Assembly: GCA_016928955.1 (NCBI GenBank)
Contig: JAFGJV010000036.1
Location: 1-52,065, forward strand
Direction of reading: 5' to 3'
DNA length: 52,065 nucleotides
From: Spirochaetales bacterium
GTDB lineage: Bacteria > Spirochaetota > Spirochaetia > Treponematales > UBA12059
The translations under genes and the position numbers were made by a program. The notes beneath the pieces are model-generated. The model was not told the origin of the DNA. It did not search any database and worked only from the letters and a program-made list of their open reading frames with translations. Positions 37,703 through 47,801 of the stretch are shown in pieces; the stretch's first letter is position 1, and each line of letters begins with the position of its first letter.

Positions 37703-37745
37703 CATAACGACGCATAACGGTTCCTCACAAGGTCCGGCGGCAAAA

Positions 37746-37775
37746 GGCGGGCCTGGATTTTCCTCAAGGCCCGCC
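37746..37775 (-). terminator. Rho-independent terminator of the coiled-coil gene
   Basis: GGCGGGCCT / AGGCCCGCC stem followed by TTTT on the minus strand. Confidence 0.6.
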
Positions 37776-37789
37776 CTCCGTATTTCCGC

Positions 37790-40700
37790 TCAGTCCTCGT
37801 GGCCAAGTTCCAGGATCAACTCCACCTCCCCTCGCGACAGTTTGACGGCGCGGGCTATCTCATCCACCTTCCAGCCCTGGTGGGCCAGCTTGCGCACGGC
37901 TTCCTGAACCGACAGGGACGGGGCGCCCTTGTCGCGCTTGCCCGCCTTGGGTTCGTCCTTCAGAAGCTCGTTGAGCAGTTTCAGGTGGTCCTGGGTCTTC
38001 TTGTTCAGTTCCTCAAAGCGCGTTTCCGCGCGGGCCAGCCACTCGCGGGCCTGGTTCACCTCCGCGGCGCGCTTCTCCGTTTCGTCCAGGGCGCTGCCTA
38101 TGCCGTCCAGGCGCTTGACGGCCTCGTCCAGGGCCGGCTTGGCGTTCATCACCTCGTCCAGGGAGCGCTTGAGGTCTATGATGCGGTCGGGCACCTCGCG
38201 CAGGCCCTCGTCTATGGTGCGGATGTTGCGCTCGAGCTCGGATATGGACTGGAAATTCTTGTCCACGGCGTCCGCGGTGGCGTCCAGGAGATTGGCCTTC
38301 TTTTCCAGCCGCTCGTACTTGTCCGCGGCCTGGTCGGCTTCCTCCGACAGGCGGCGCATCTCGGCCTGGATCTGGGTCAGCTGGTCGTTGCTGGCCGTCA
38401 CCTGCGACAGTTTCTGGTCCACGTTTTGGGACAGGGCCACCAGGCGCTTGAAATCGTCCTCCATGGTGTCCAGGCGACGCTTCTCGGCCAGGAATCTGGC
38501 TATCTTCTGCCCAAGCTCGTCTTCCAGGCGCTTGACGCGCAGGTACTGGGTTTCCAGCTCGGCCATCTCGGCGCGGCGGCCTTCTATCTTGGACAGGTCG
38601 GACTTCATGGCGTCTATGGACTCCGACAGGCGTTGCTTGAGCTCGTCCGCCCGCTCGAAGAGGCGGGTCTGCGACTGGAAATTCTTGATGCTCTTGTCCA
38701 TGTCGGCAAAGACCTTCTCACGGGTCTTGCGCTCATCGTCCATGCTTGACGACAGGGCCGACCTGGCGGTCTCAAAGGCATCCTTGACGGCCTTGGCTTC
38801 CTTCTTGAAGTCGGCCACGGCGGCGTCCATGCCGGCGGCGGCCTCCTTGGCGCGGCGGGCGGCGTCCGAGCTCATGGCGTCGTAGGAACGCTTGAACTCG
38901 TCCATGGCGCCGGCCGTCCTGCCTGCCAGGCCGGAGCTCAGGGCGTCCACTTCCTCCGACAGGGTCTTCACGCTTTGGGCCAGGGCGTCGCGCTCGGCCT
39001 TGGCCTGCTCGATCACCTTCTTGCGTTCCTTGTCCCAGTCGGCCACCAGGGCGCCAACATTGGCGCGGAAGGAGTCGCCCAGGGCGTTCAGGGCCGCGGC
39101 GCGCTGGGCTTCCGCGCCCTTCTCCGCTTCCAGAACCTTCTTCTTTTCCTTGTCCCAGTCCGACGCCAGGGCGGCCGCGCTGGTCTTGAACGACTCGGAG
39201 AGCGAGGACAGGGCGGCGTTGCGCTGGGTCTCTGCGGCCTTGTACGCGGTCTCGAACTTGGCTTTCCAAGCGGCGGCATCGGCCAGCAAGGCTTTTTCCG
39301 CCTTCTCAAAGGAAGCGCGGGCCTGGGTTGCGGCGGTTTCCAGGGCGGCTATCTCGGACGCGCGGGAACGGCCGCTTTCGTCCACGCGCTCGGCCATGGC
39401 GTTCTTCCAGCGCTCAAGCTCGGCTTCCACAAAGGCGTTGGCGGCCTTGGTTGCGTCGGCCATGCTGGTCTTCATTGACGCTTTCAGCGTGTCCAAGGCC
39501 GAGTCTGCCTCTGCCAGGCGGGCGGACACGGACGCGCGGTGGGCTTCTATCTGCTGGGCCAGCTTGTCGGTCTGGTCCTGGACCTGGGCCTGGCTGGCCG
39601 CCAGCTTTGCCTTTATGTCCTGGGCCCAGGCCTTCTCACGCTCGGCCTGGACGGCCATGGCGTCGCGCTGGGCGTCTGCCAGGCGGCCGTCCAACTGGTC
39701 CTTCCAGGCGACGAGCTTGGCGTCGGTGTCCTCGCTCCGTCTGCGCAGGTCGGCAAAGAACTCGTCCTCGAACACCTTGAGCTTCTCCGACACGTCGGCG
39801 TAGGCCTTGGACTTGAGCGCGGTTATGTCGTTTTCCAGGTCGACCACGCTGGCCTTGAGCCTGGACGCGTCGGCGCGCAGCTCGTCCTCGAACTGCTTCT
39901 GGCGGGCGCCCAGGTCCTTGCCGAACAGGGCAAAATCCTCTTCCACCCGGCGCTCCACGCCGGCCAGGGCCTCGCGCAGGGCCTTCTCCATGCGGTCGGC
40001 GTCCAGCCTGAGGTTGGAAAGGCGCTCAAGCCCGGCTTCCACCACGGCGCGCACTTCGTCGCTCCGTTCGCGGAAGGAATCGCTTATGCCGCGCTCCAGC
40101 TCGGCGCCCTTGCCCGCAAAGTGGGACTGAAGGGCGGCCAGGGTGGCCGCGGATTTTTTTTCAGCCTCTAGGAGACGCTCGGATATGCGGGCCTGGAAGG
40201 AGGCGATGGCGTCCGATGTCTTCTTTTCTGCCGCGCCCAGCCCCGAGTCCAGGGCCGCCAGGCGCTTGGCCTGGTCCTGGGCCACCTCGTCGGCCGTGGC
40301 CTTGAAGGCGGCGCGCGACGAGTCCAGGGCGGCCACGGCCCTGTCAGCCTCTGCCTTGGTGGCTGCCAGGGTTTCCTTGATGGTGTTTTTAAGGACGGTC
40401 TGCTTGCTTCCGACATCGTCCTGGTAGGCCTTGAGCATGTCCTTGACCTTGGCCTGGTAGGCGTGGGCCAGCTCGGCCGCCTTGGCCTCTATCCGGGTAA
40501 AGCGGTCCTCGTACACGCCTTCTGCCTTGCGCACGAGCTCGTCAACGGCCTGCACGCGGCCGGCAAGTTCCTTGGCCTGGGCCTCAGCGTCGGCCTTGGC
40601 CTGGGCCATGACGGCGTCGGCGTCCTTGCGCCAGTCTGTCTTGAAGGCCTTGAGCAGGCCCTGGGTTTCTGCCACCTTCTCCCTGGCCTGGTCGCGCAGG

Positions 40701-41494
40701 GTGGTGAACTTGGCCTCTATGGCGTCTGACAGCTTGGCGCTGCGGGCTTCGATCTTGTCCTCAATGGCCTTGTACTCGGCGTCCTCGAGCTTCTGGCCCT
40801 CTTCCCGCGCCCGCCGGAAGGCGTCGGCCAGGTGCTTCTCTATGGTCTTGTAGCGCTCCTCGGCGGAGTCGACAGCGGCCGCGTGCATGGCGCCCACGGC
40901 GGTGACGCTCTCCTCGGCCGCCCTGCGCAGGATCTCTATCTGGTTCTGGGCGTCGTCCATGGCGGAGCGCAGTTCCAGGGAGAAGCTCTCCCTGAGCTCG
41001 GCGGCCATGGCCTTGAGGTCGTCGTCCAGGGTGTCCCGCATGGCCGGCACCGAGCCTTTGAGGCGCTCGATCTCGTCCTTGCTGGCCTTCAGGGTGCGGG
41101 CCACCTGGTCCACAAAGGCGCTCTCGTCGTGGATGACGCGAAGGTTCTCGTCCACCCGCGTGCTCATGTCCTTGAGCTCGAACAGGGCCTGGTCGTACTC
41201 GGCTATGCGCGTGGCCATGGCCCCTATGCTGTCGGCCTTCTCGTTCAGGGCCTCTTCCGTGCCCTGCACGCGGCGGAGCACTTCCTTGGCGGCCTTCTGG
41301 TACACGTCCAGCTCAACGGCGTAGGACTTGAGGTCCTCGGCGCGCTGGTCCGCGTAGGCGGCCATGTCTTCCCTGAGCTTGTCCGCGTACCTTTTGACCT
41401 TCTCCAGGGAGCGATTGTCCCTGTCCATGAGCCGGTACACGGCAAGCATGATGACGACGATGATGATGGTCGCTATGGTGCCCGCATCGAACAT
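37790..41494 (-). CDS. Spirochaete coiled-coil protein (SpiroCoCo-like)
   Basis: N-terminal TM then DR.NRSLEKVKRY; about 1150 aa coiled coil; C-terminal V.KLA.QGW..DEIA....LS.GEVELILE HTH. Confidence 0.8.
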   Translation of the reverse strand: MFDAGTIATIIIVVIMLAVYRLMDRDNRSLEKVKRYADKLREDMAAYADQRAEDLKSYAVELDVYQKAAKEVLRRVQGTEEALNEKADSIGAMATRIAEYDQALFELKDMSTRVDENLRVIHDESAFVDQVARTLKASKDEIERLKGSVPAMRDTLDDDLKAMAAELRESFSLELRSAMDDAQNQIEILRRAAEESVTAVGAMHAAAVDSAEERYKTIEKHLADAFRRAREEGQKLEDAEYKAIEDKIEARSAKLSDAIEAKFTTLRDQAREKVAETQGLLKAFKTDWRKDADAVMAQAKADAEAQAKELAGRVQAVDELVRKAEGVYEDRFTRIEAKAAELAHAYQAKVKDMLKAYQDDVGSKQTVLKNTIKETLAATKAEADRAVAALDSSRAAFKATADEVAQDQAKRLAALDSGLGAAEKKTSDAIASFQARISERLLEAEKKSAATLAALQSHFAGKGAELERGISDSFRERSDEVRAVVEAGLERLSNLRLDADRMEKALREALAGVERRVEEDFALFGKDLGARQKQFEDELRADASRLKASVVDLENDITALKSKAYADVSEKLKVFEDEFFADLRRRSEDTDAKLVAWKDQLDGRLADAQRDAMAVQAEREKAWAQDIKAKLAASQAQVQDQTDKLAQQIEAHRASVSARLAEADSALDTLKASMKTSMADATKAANAFVEAELERWKNAMAERVDESGRSRASEIAALETAATQARASFEKAEKALLADAAAWKAKFETAYKAAETQRNAALSSLSESFKTSAAALASDWDKEKKKVLEAEKGAEAQRAAALNALGDSFRANVGALVADWDKERKKVIEQAKAERDALAQSVKTLSEEVDALSSGLAGRTAGAMDEFKRSYDAMSSDAARRAKEAAAGMDAAVADFKKEAKAVKDAFETARSALSSSMDDERKTREKVFADMDKSIKNFQSQTRLFERADELKQRLSESIDAMKSDLSKIEGRRAEMAELETQYLRVKRLEDELGQKIARFLAEKRRLDTMEDDFKRLVALSQNVDQKLSQVTASNDQLTQIQAEMRRLSEEADQAADKYERLEKKANLLDATADAVDKNFQSISELERNIRTIDEGLREVPDRIIDLKRSLDEVMNAKPALDEAVKRLDGIGSALDETEKRAAEVNQAREWLARAETRFEELNKKTQDHLKLLNELLKDEPKAGKRDKGAPSLSVQEAVRKLAHQGWKVDEIARAVKLSRGEVELILELGHED

Positions 41495-41620
41495 GGTGAA
41501 CGCTCCCCGTTGAAACGTTTCTGGCTGGGAAATCCCGGCAGGGATCTACAGAAGCCTCGCGACCGCCCGGTCAGTGGGCTCCCGCGCGCGTACGCCTTGA
41601 AACCGGCCGCTTGCGCCGCC

Positions 41621-41645
41621 CCCAAAACTGAAGTTTTAGAGGGAA
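41621..41645 (-). repeat. Partial REP-like palindrome, copy D
   Basis: Minus strand TTCCCTCTAAAACTTCAGTTTTGGG matches the core of copy B. Confidence 0.6.
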
Positions 41646-41704
41646 GCTTTCGGCAATTATATCGCGGATCGGCCGAATGATAAAGGAAGGGCACGCGCCG
41701 CCCG

Positions 41705-42505
41705 TCAGGAGTTCAATTCCCTGCTGCGCCTGGCCGCGGCGTCTATGGCGTCCATCACGATGGCCCTGAACGCCTTCCGTTCCAGGCTGTGGATGCCCGC
41801 CATGGTGGTGCCTGCCGGGCTGGCCACAATGTCCTTGAGCTCGCCCGGGTGCTTGCCGGCCTGCAATATGACGGTGGCGGCGCCCAGAACGGTCTGGGCG
41901 GCCAGCTCGTAGGCCATCTGGCGGTCCATGCCGTTGAGCACGGCCCCGTCGGCCATGGACTCGATGAACAGGAAGGCAAACGCCGGACCGGAGCCGGACA
42001 GGGCGGTCACCGTGTCAAAAAGACGCTCCTCCACGATTCTAGCCCTGCCGGCCGATGAGAAGAGGTCCAGAAGGGCCTGGCCCTGGGCCTCCGGCACGCC
42101 CTGGTCCAGGCACACGGCTGTCATGCCGGCGCCCACGCCCAGGGGCAGGTTCGGCATGATGCGCGCCAGGAAGGGGCTGGCCGAAAAGTGCGAGCGCAGG
42201 GCGTCAAGGCTCACGCCCGCGGCCATGGATATGACCAGGGAGCCCTCGCGTATGTGCAGGGCCGCTTCAGACAGCACCTTGGCCACGGCGTGGGGCTTTA
42301 CCGCTATGAAAATCCAGTCCGAGCGCTCAGCAAGTTCTGCAATGGACGACGCTAGCCGCACCGGGTGCCTCAGCGCCAGGTCCTCAGCCCGGGAGGCTGT
42401 GCGGTTCCACACCAGCACCTCGTCGCCCGCAAGCCTGGGGGCCAGGGCCGTCAGGATGATGTCCACGATCTTGCCTGCGCCTATGAATCCTATGACCCTG
42501 CTCAC
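41705..42505 (-). CDS. proC: Pyrroline-5-carboxylate reductase
   Basis: IGFIGAG, AVKP, SMAAG, RIMPN, TALSGSGPA, V.SPAGTT; GTG start overlaps the upstream stop. Confidence 0.93.
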   Translation of the reverse strand: MSRVIGFIGAGKIVDIILTALAPRLAGDEVLVWNRTASRAEDLALRHPVRLASSIAELAERSDWIFIAVKPHAVAKVLSEAALHIREGSLVISMAAGVSLDALRSHFSASPFLARIMPNLPLGVGAGMTAVCLDQGVPEAQGQALLDLFSSAGRARIVEERLFDTVTALSGSGPAFAFLFIESMADGAVLNGMDRQMAYELAAQTVLGAATVILQAGKHPGELKDIVASPAGTTMAGIHSLERKAFRAIVMDAIDAAARRSRELNS

Positions 42506-44772
42506 AAGGCTCCTCCTTTGTGCCTGGCCGAGCGCCGGCGCTCGCCCCGGGCCCCCTCTATGGCGCACGCGGCCAGGAGCATGCGGAAACCGTCGTGGGC
42601 GGACAGCTCAGGATCCAGGGCCGCTTCCTCAAGCACGGCCGCCGCTCCCGGTTCCAGCCAGGGATGGGCGGCGAGGGCGCGGGCTATGGCCGGCCCGCCC
42701 TGCCCCCGGAGCACGAAATTTTCCGCCGCCAGGTGGAGCTCGTTGGACGCGTCGCGCTCGGCCGGCAGGCTGTCCAGCAGTTCGGCCAGGGCGTCGGCCG
42801 GATCCCTGGCGCGCGACGAGTATATGCGGTAGAAATCGCCCAGGCCGCCGAGCAGGCCGGCCAGGGCCAGCACGATCTCGTCAAAGGCAAAGGGCGGAGG
42901 GTTGCTGCGCTTGAGTGCGGCGACGAGGGACGGCACGGATCCGGGCGCCCGGTATATTTCCAGGGCGGCCGCCGCGCTGATAAGCAGGCGGGGATTGGTC
43001 GTTTCCTCGGCCATGCGCTCGATGGTATCCAGGCTGTCCGGGTCGCCCAGCCTGGCCAGGGCTATGACAGCCGCGCCTTTGAGCATGTAGTCTGCCGAGT
43101 CCAGGGCGGCCCGCAGTTCCGGTACGGCCGGAGCGTAGCCGCGTTTGCCAAGGACGCGGGCCGCCAGGTAGGCGGTGGACCATTCCCGCTCCCGAGCCTC
43201 CATGCGGAGGGCTTCCAGGGCCTTTGGGCTCAGGCGCTGCAGGTTCTCAAGGGCCAGGAGGGCCTCCACGCGCACGTCAAAGCGCGGGCTCGCCAGGTAG
43301 GGAAGGAGCTCCCGCTCGGCCAGGGGCGATCCCCGGGTCCCTATCTCCCTGATGACGCGGGTCTCCTCGTTCGGCGAATGGCTCCTGCCCAGCCGCTCCA
43401 GGAGGCCCACGGACCGAAAGTCGCGCACGCTGAACAGCACGCCCACCGATTCCAGGATGCCGGCCGAGCCGAGCGACTGCAGGGCACCAATGGCAAGGGT
43501 GGCCAGCGTGACGATGACGATCAGGGTTCCGTACAGGACGCGGTAGCTGATGGCCAGGGGAACGCCGGCGCAGGCCATGGCGTCCAGCGCCACGCCGCCC
43601 AGAGTCGAGCCCAGGGCCCCGCCCAGGCCAAAGATCAGGTAGTAGACCACGGCCAGGTCGACCATGTGCTGCGGTTTGACCATGGAGAAGAAGTACACCT
43701 GGGCGGCGTTTTCCTGCCCGGCCAGGCCAAAGCCCGCCAGGAAATTGACGGCCGCCAGGAAGACAAAGAGCCGGCTGCCCTGGTCCAAGGCGGGACTCAG
43801 GGCCACAGGCACCAGGGCAAGCGCCGACACCGCCGAGAAGGCGGCGTACATGGGCTTGGCGCCCAGGCGGTCCATCATCCGTTTGGACAGAAAGCCCATG
43901 CCGACCGATCCCAGGCTGGTGGCCACGGAAAACAGGAGTACCTGGCCGTCGTTCTGTAGGTAGAGGTCGCGGGCGTGGGTCAGGATGAAGGTACGGGCGG
44001 TGCCAGACGCGAAGGATAGCGCGGCCAGGACCCACATGAAGCGCTTGAAGCCTTGGTCGGCCAGGGCTTCCTTCATGGACGCCCCCAACGAGGAGCCCGA
44101 GGGCGGCTGGAAGGCTTCGGGCTCGGGCATGCGCAGGAGCATGACCGACGCGGTCACGCCAGTGACAACGCCCAGGGCCAAAAGCGGCCAGTACGCCATG
44201 CCGCCGTCAACATGGGCCATGATAAAGGCTGTGGCCACTCCCGTGGCTATGGACGTAAGGCTGCTGGATATCTGGACCGTGGACAGGAAGGCTCCCCTGC
44301 GGCCCGAGCCAGCCATGAAGGCCAGCACGGGATTGTTTCCTATGAGCCCCACGCCCTTGCACACGTTGAAGACCGCGCTGCCCGCCATAAGGATGCCAAG
44401 ACCGGCCAACGGTTGGCCCGCCCTGGCCAGGAAGGGCGCGGCCACGGCCGGCAGCATGCCCAGATACCGGCCCATCCACGCCCAGCCGAACACGGATACT
44501 ATCCTGAAGCGGCGTATGGCGTAGCGTCCCAGGGGCATAAGGAAGAACGTTACAAAATTGAGCGACCCCAGCACGCCTATGTAGGTTCCGGACGCGCCCA
44601 TGGACAGGGCCAGAAGGGCCGGTATGCTCCCGGACAGGAGCATGAACGAGAAGGAGTTGAGAACGTTGAAAACGTGGTAGGCGGGGCGGTAGCGGGCCGG
44701 CCGCAGCGCCCGGCCGCCAGTTGCGGTCGCGCTCACCAGAGCAGTATACGGTTTGTGGCCGTTGTGCGCCAT
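42502..44772 (-). CDS. MFS transporter fused to C-terminal HEAT repeats
   Basis: About 12 hydrophobic segments (DRLGAKP loop) then HEAT-like AARVLG....AVP.L..AL...D......A..ALARLG. Confidence 0.8.
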   Translation of the reverse strand: MAHNGHKPYTALVSATATGGRALRPARYRPAYHVFNVLNSFSFMLLSGSIPALLALSMGASGTYIGVLGSLNFVTFFLMPLGRYAIRRFRIVSVFGWAWMGRYLGMLPAVAAPFLARAGQPLAGLGILMAGSAVFNVCKGVGLIGNNPVLAFMAGSGRRGAFLSTVQISSSLTSIATGVATAFIMAHVDGGMAYWPLLALGVVTGVTASVMLLRMPEPEAFQPPSGSSLGASMKEALADQGFKRFMWVLAALSFASGTARTFILTHARDLYLQNDGQVLLFSVATSLGSVGMGFLSKRMMDRLGAKPMYAAFSAVSALALVPVALSPALDQGSRLFVFLAAVNFLAGFGLAGQENAAQVYFFSMVKPQHMVDLAVVYYLIFGLGGALGSTLGGVALDAMACAGVPLAISYRVLYGTLIVIVTLATLAIGALQSLGSAGILESVGVLFSVRDFRSVGLLERLGRSHSPNEETRVIREIGTRGSPLAERELLPYLASPRFDVRVEALLALENLQRLSPKALEALRMEAREREWSTAYLAARVLGKRGYAPAVPELRAALDSADYMLKGAAVIALARLGDPDSLDTIERMAEETTNPRLLISAAAALEIYRAPGSVPSLVAALKRSNPPPFAFDEIVLALAGLLGGLGDFYRIYSSRARDPADALAELLDSLPAERDASNELHLAAENFVLRGQGGPAIARALAAHPWLEPGAAAVLEEAALDPELSAHDGFRMLLAACAIEGARGERRRSARHKGGAL

Positions 44773-44847
44773 CCGTCCAGAACGGAGGCCGGGACGGCTA
44801 TCCGCGGCGTGTCGGGTGACCGGCGGGGGCTTGGCCTTCCGCTGGCT

Positions 44848-46209
44848 CTACTCGTCCAGCGCGGCCGCGGGAACGGGTTGCCGTACCACGGCCTTGCGCT
44901 TCCAGCGGCCGGTCAGGTAGTACCAGGTCGAGAAGAGGGCTCCGACCAACCAACCCGCGGGCATGCTCCACCACAGGCCGTCCGTTCCCAGGATGCCGGA
45001 CAGGATGGTCGCCATGGGTATGCGCACAACCCACAGGGCCAGAATCGTGCTGATCATCGGTATGAAGGCGTCGCCCGCCCCGCGCATGACGCCGTTGTTG
45101 ATGAACATGGTGGAGAACAGCACGTAGGTGGCACCCACGATGAAGAGGTAGCGGGCCCCCAGTTCCACCACCTCGGCGTCCTGCGTGAACATGCCCATGA
45201 GCGGCTTGCCGAACAGCATGACCACGGCGCCCACCGCGAGGGATATGCCGGTGCCTATGGCTATGGCTGACAGGTGGCCGTGCTTGACGCGCTCCGTCTT
45301 GCCGGCTCCCATGTTCTGTCCCGTGAAGGCTGACACGGCCTGGCTCAGGTTCATGGCCGGCATGGACGCAAAGCTGTCCAGGCGCGACGCTGCTGAGAAG
45401 GCCGCGATGACGGGGGTGCCAAAGCCGTTGACGATGCGCGTCATGGCCAGCATGCCCAGGGATACCATGGTCTGCTGTATGCCCGTGGGCAGGCCAATGC
45501 GCACGCTCTGCTTGAAGATATCGCGGTCAAAACGGAGGGATTTGAGGTCCAGCCGCACGTATTCGTTCCGGGTGTTGATGTACACAAGGCCCCCGGCGAA
45601 CGACAGGCCCTGGGCAATGACCGTGGCCCACGCGGCCCCGGCCACGCCCCAGCCGAACACGGCCACAAAGAGCAGGTCCAGGCCAACGTTTATGAGACTG
45701 GCGACGATGAGGAGGTACAGCGGCGTTTTAGAGTCGCCCAGGCCGCGCAAAATGGCCGATATGGCGTTGTAGCCGAACAAGGCCAGGAGCCCGGCAAAGA
45801 TGGCCCTGAGATAGGAGGACGCGCCGGGGAACACGTCCGCCGGCACCTTGAGGAGGCGAAGGATGGTATCCGTGGCCAGCACGCCGATCACCGACATGGC
45901 CAGCCCCGTCCAGAACAGAGTGATGTAGCCGGTGTCCACGGCGGCGCGCACCTTGTCCTTGTCCTTGGCCCCAAAGTACTGGGCAATGACCACGGTGCTG
46001 CCCATGGTCAGGCCCATGACCAGGGACACCATGAGAAAGATCACGGGAAAGGCCGTGCCCACGGCCGCCAGGGCCTGGGTGCCGACGAAATTGCCTACAA
46101 TGATGCTGTCAACGGTGTTGTACAGCTGCTGGAACACGTTGCCCGCGAGCATGGGTAAGGCAAAGGAGACAAGGACGGACGCCTCTTTGCCGGTAGTCAG
46201 GTCTTTCAT
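44848..46209 (-). CDS. MATE family efflux transporter
   Basis: LP...GN.FQQLYN.VD..IVG..VG..ALAAVG, LRG.GDSKTP, NV.LD, GVAGAAWAT. Confidence 0.95.
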   Translation of the reverse strand: MKDLTTGKEASVLVSFALPMLAGNVFQQLYNTVDSIIVGNFVGTQALAAVGTAFPVIFLMVSLVMGLTMGSTVVIAQYFGAKDKDKVRAAVDTGYITLFWTGLAMSVIGVLATDTILRLLKVPADVFPGASSYLRAIFAGLLALFGYNAISAILRGLGDSKTPLYLLIVASLINVGLDLLFVAVFGWGVAGAAWATVIAQGLSFAGGLVYINTRNEYVRLDLKSLRFDRDIFKQSVRIGLPTGIQQTMVSLGMLAMTRIVNGFGTPVIAAFSAASRLDSFASMPAMNLSQAVSAFTGQNMGAGKTERVKHGHLSAIAIGTGISLAVGAVVMLFGKPLMGMFTQDAEVVELGARYLFIVGATYVLFSTMFINNGVMRGAGDAFIPMISTILALWVVRIPMATILSGILGTDGLWWSMPAGWLVGALFSTWYYLTGRWKRKAVVRQPVPAAALDE

Positions 46210-46388
46210 GGAACCGCCGCTGGAAGGGATGGCCGGTCGGCTGATCTGGTGCGATCGCGACGATGTGCCACGTGCCGGATCCGGTCATACCAATATACCC
46301 GGCCGACACCGGGCTCGGCAAGGCGCCGCGCGCCCGCTTTCGGACACGCGCTTCCCGCGTTTCCGCCTGGAACGTATACTGCTGTGCC

Positions 46389-47090
46389 ATGGACACCAGA
46401 ACGGCTATAGACGGCGAGTTTTTCCGGGACCTGCGGCGCCCGGTGGACTTTTGGATACTCAGGCACGGCGAGAGCCAGGGCAACGCCCAAGGCCGCATCC
46501 AGGGTTTGGCCGACTACGAGTTGTCGGACGTGGGCAGGGCCCAGGCACGGGAAGCGGGGCGCTGGTTCGCTACCCGGGGCGTGGCCGCCGTGCTGTCGTC
46601 CCCGCTCAAACGGGCCGCCGAGACGGCAGCCATCGTCGCCCAAGAAGCCGGCCTGCCCGCCCCCAGGCAGGAACCCATCCTGTCCGAGCTGGACGCCGGG
46701 CCTTTCTCCGGCCTCAACTGGAAGGAAATCAAGGAGCGGCATCCGGCAGACTATGAGCGTTTCGGTTACCTGAGCTGGGACGGCGTGGAGGGGGCCGAGC
46801 ATTCGGACAGCATGCTCCGGCGGGCCAAGGACGCATGGAAAACCCTCAGGGCGGAGGCCATGGCCCGTCCGGGCGGCGTTCTGGCCGTTACCCACGGAGG
46901 CGTGATGCAGTGGCTGGTGCGCTGTACTTTTGGATGGTCGTCCTGGTTGCCCATCCTGCCCACGGGCAACTGCTGCGTGTACCGATTGTCCGTCAAGCCG
47001 AACGGCAACGGGCTTCCGCCGTACATGGAATGGGCTGACCTCAATCGTTCCACCAGCGTGGGCATGCCGGCCGTACCGCCCATGTTCTGA
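46389..47090 (+). CDS. Histidine phosphatase (phosphoglycerate mutase family)
   Basis: RHGES..N, SSPLKRA.ETA, VTHGG. Confidence 0.9.
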   Translation: MDTRTAIDGEFFRDLRRPVDFWILRHGESQGNAQGRIQGLADYELSDVGRAQAREAGRWFATRGVAAVLSSPLKRAAETAAIVAQEAGLPAPRQEPILSELDAGPFSGLNWKEIKERHPADYERFGYLSWDGVEGAEHSDSMLRRAKDAWKTLRAEAMARPGGVLAVTHGGVMQWLVRCTFGWSSWLPILPTGNCCVYRLSVKPNGNGLPPYMEWADLNRSTSVGMPAVPPMF

Positions 47091-47126
47091 CATGGCCGGC
47101 CGGTGCTGCCTGCGCGGCCGCGTTCC

Positions 47127-47801
47127 TCAGTTGTTCAGCGCGTCCTCAAAGCTGCCCCACAGCGGCTCGTCAGGCGGCGGTTCGGCCGTTACCTCGATAT
47201 GCCGCTTGTCGGGCAGTTCCAGATCCAGTTTCCTGGCGTGGAGCATGATGAGGCCGTTTTGGGTGGAGCGGCGGGCGCCGTATTTGAGGTCGCCGCGCAC
47301 GGGCATGCCCGCGGCCGACAACTGGGCGCGTATCTGGTGCGTCCTGCCGGTCAGGGGCCGGACCTCAAGCAGGAAGTAGCGCTCGCTCCGGCCCACCAGG
47401 CTCCAGGACAGCTCGGACACGCTCGCGTCGGCGTCGCTGTCCGCCGGCAGGGCCTTGGACACGTTCCGGCGCTTGTCATGGATAAGCCGGTGGCGCAGGG
47501 TGCCGGACGTGCCATCCGGCTGGCGTTCTATCACCGCCCAGTAGGTTTTCTTCACCTTGCGCTCGCGGAAAGCCTCTGACAGGGCGGCCAGGCAGTGCCT
47601 GGTCTTGGCAAAAGCCACAGCGCCGCTTGTGCGCCTGTCCAGCCTGTGGGCGGGCTCGACGAATTTCCCCGGCCGGAGCTCGGACACGAATTGCTTGAGC
47701 GACTCGTCCCCGCTCCTGTCCGGCAGGACGGGGACCGCGGCGAGCTTGTTTACGATAACCAGTTCGCCGTCCTCATAGATGACGTCAAAAATGCCGGGCA
47801 T
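47127..47801 (-). CDS. RluA-family pseudouridine synthase
   Basis: HRLDRRTSG, TGRTHQIR, GD.KYG, LHA. Confidence 0.92.
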   Translation of the reverse strand: MPGIFDVIYEDGELVIVNKLAAVPVLPDRSGDESLKQFVSELRPGKFVEPAHRLDRRTSGAVAFAKTRHCLAALSEAFRERKVKKTYWAVIERQPDGTSGTLRHRLIHDKRRNVSKALPADSDADASVSELSWSLVGRSERYFLLEVRPLTGRTHQIRAQLSAAGMPVRGDLKYGARRSTQNGLIMLHARKLDLELPDKRHIEVTAEPPPDEPLWGSFEDALNN

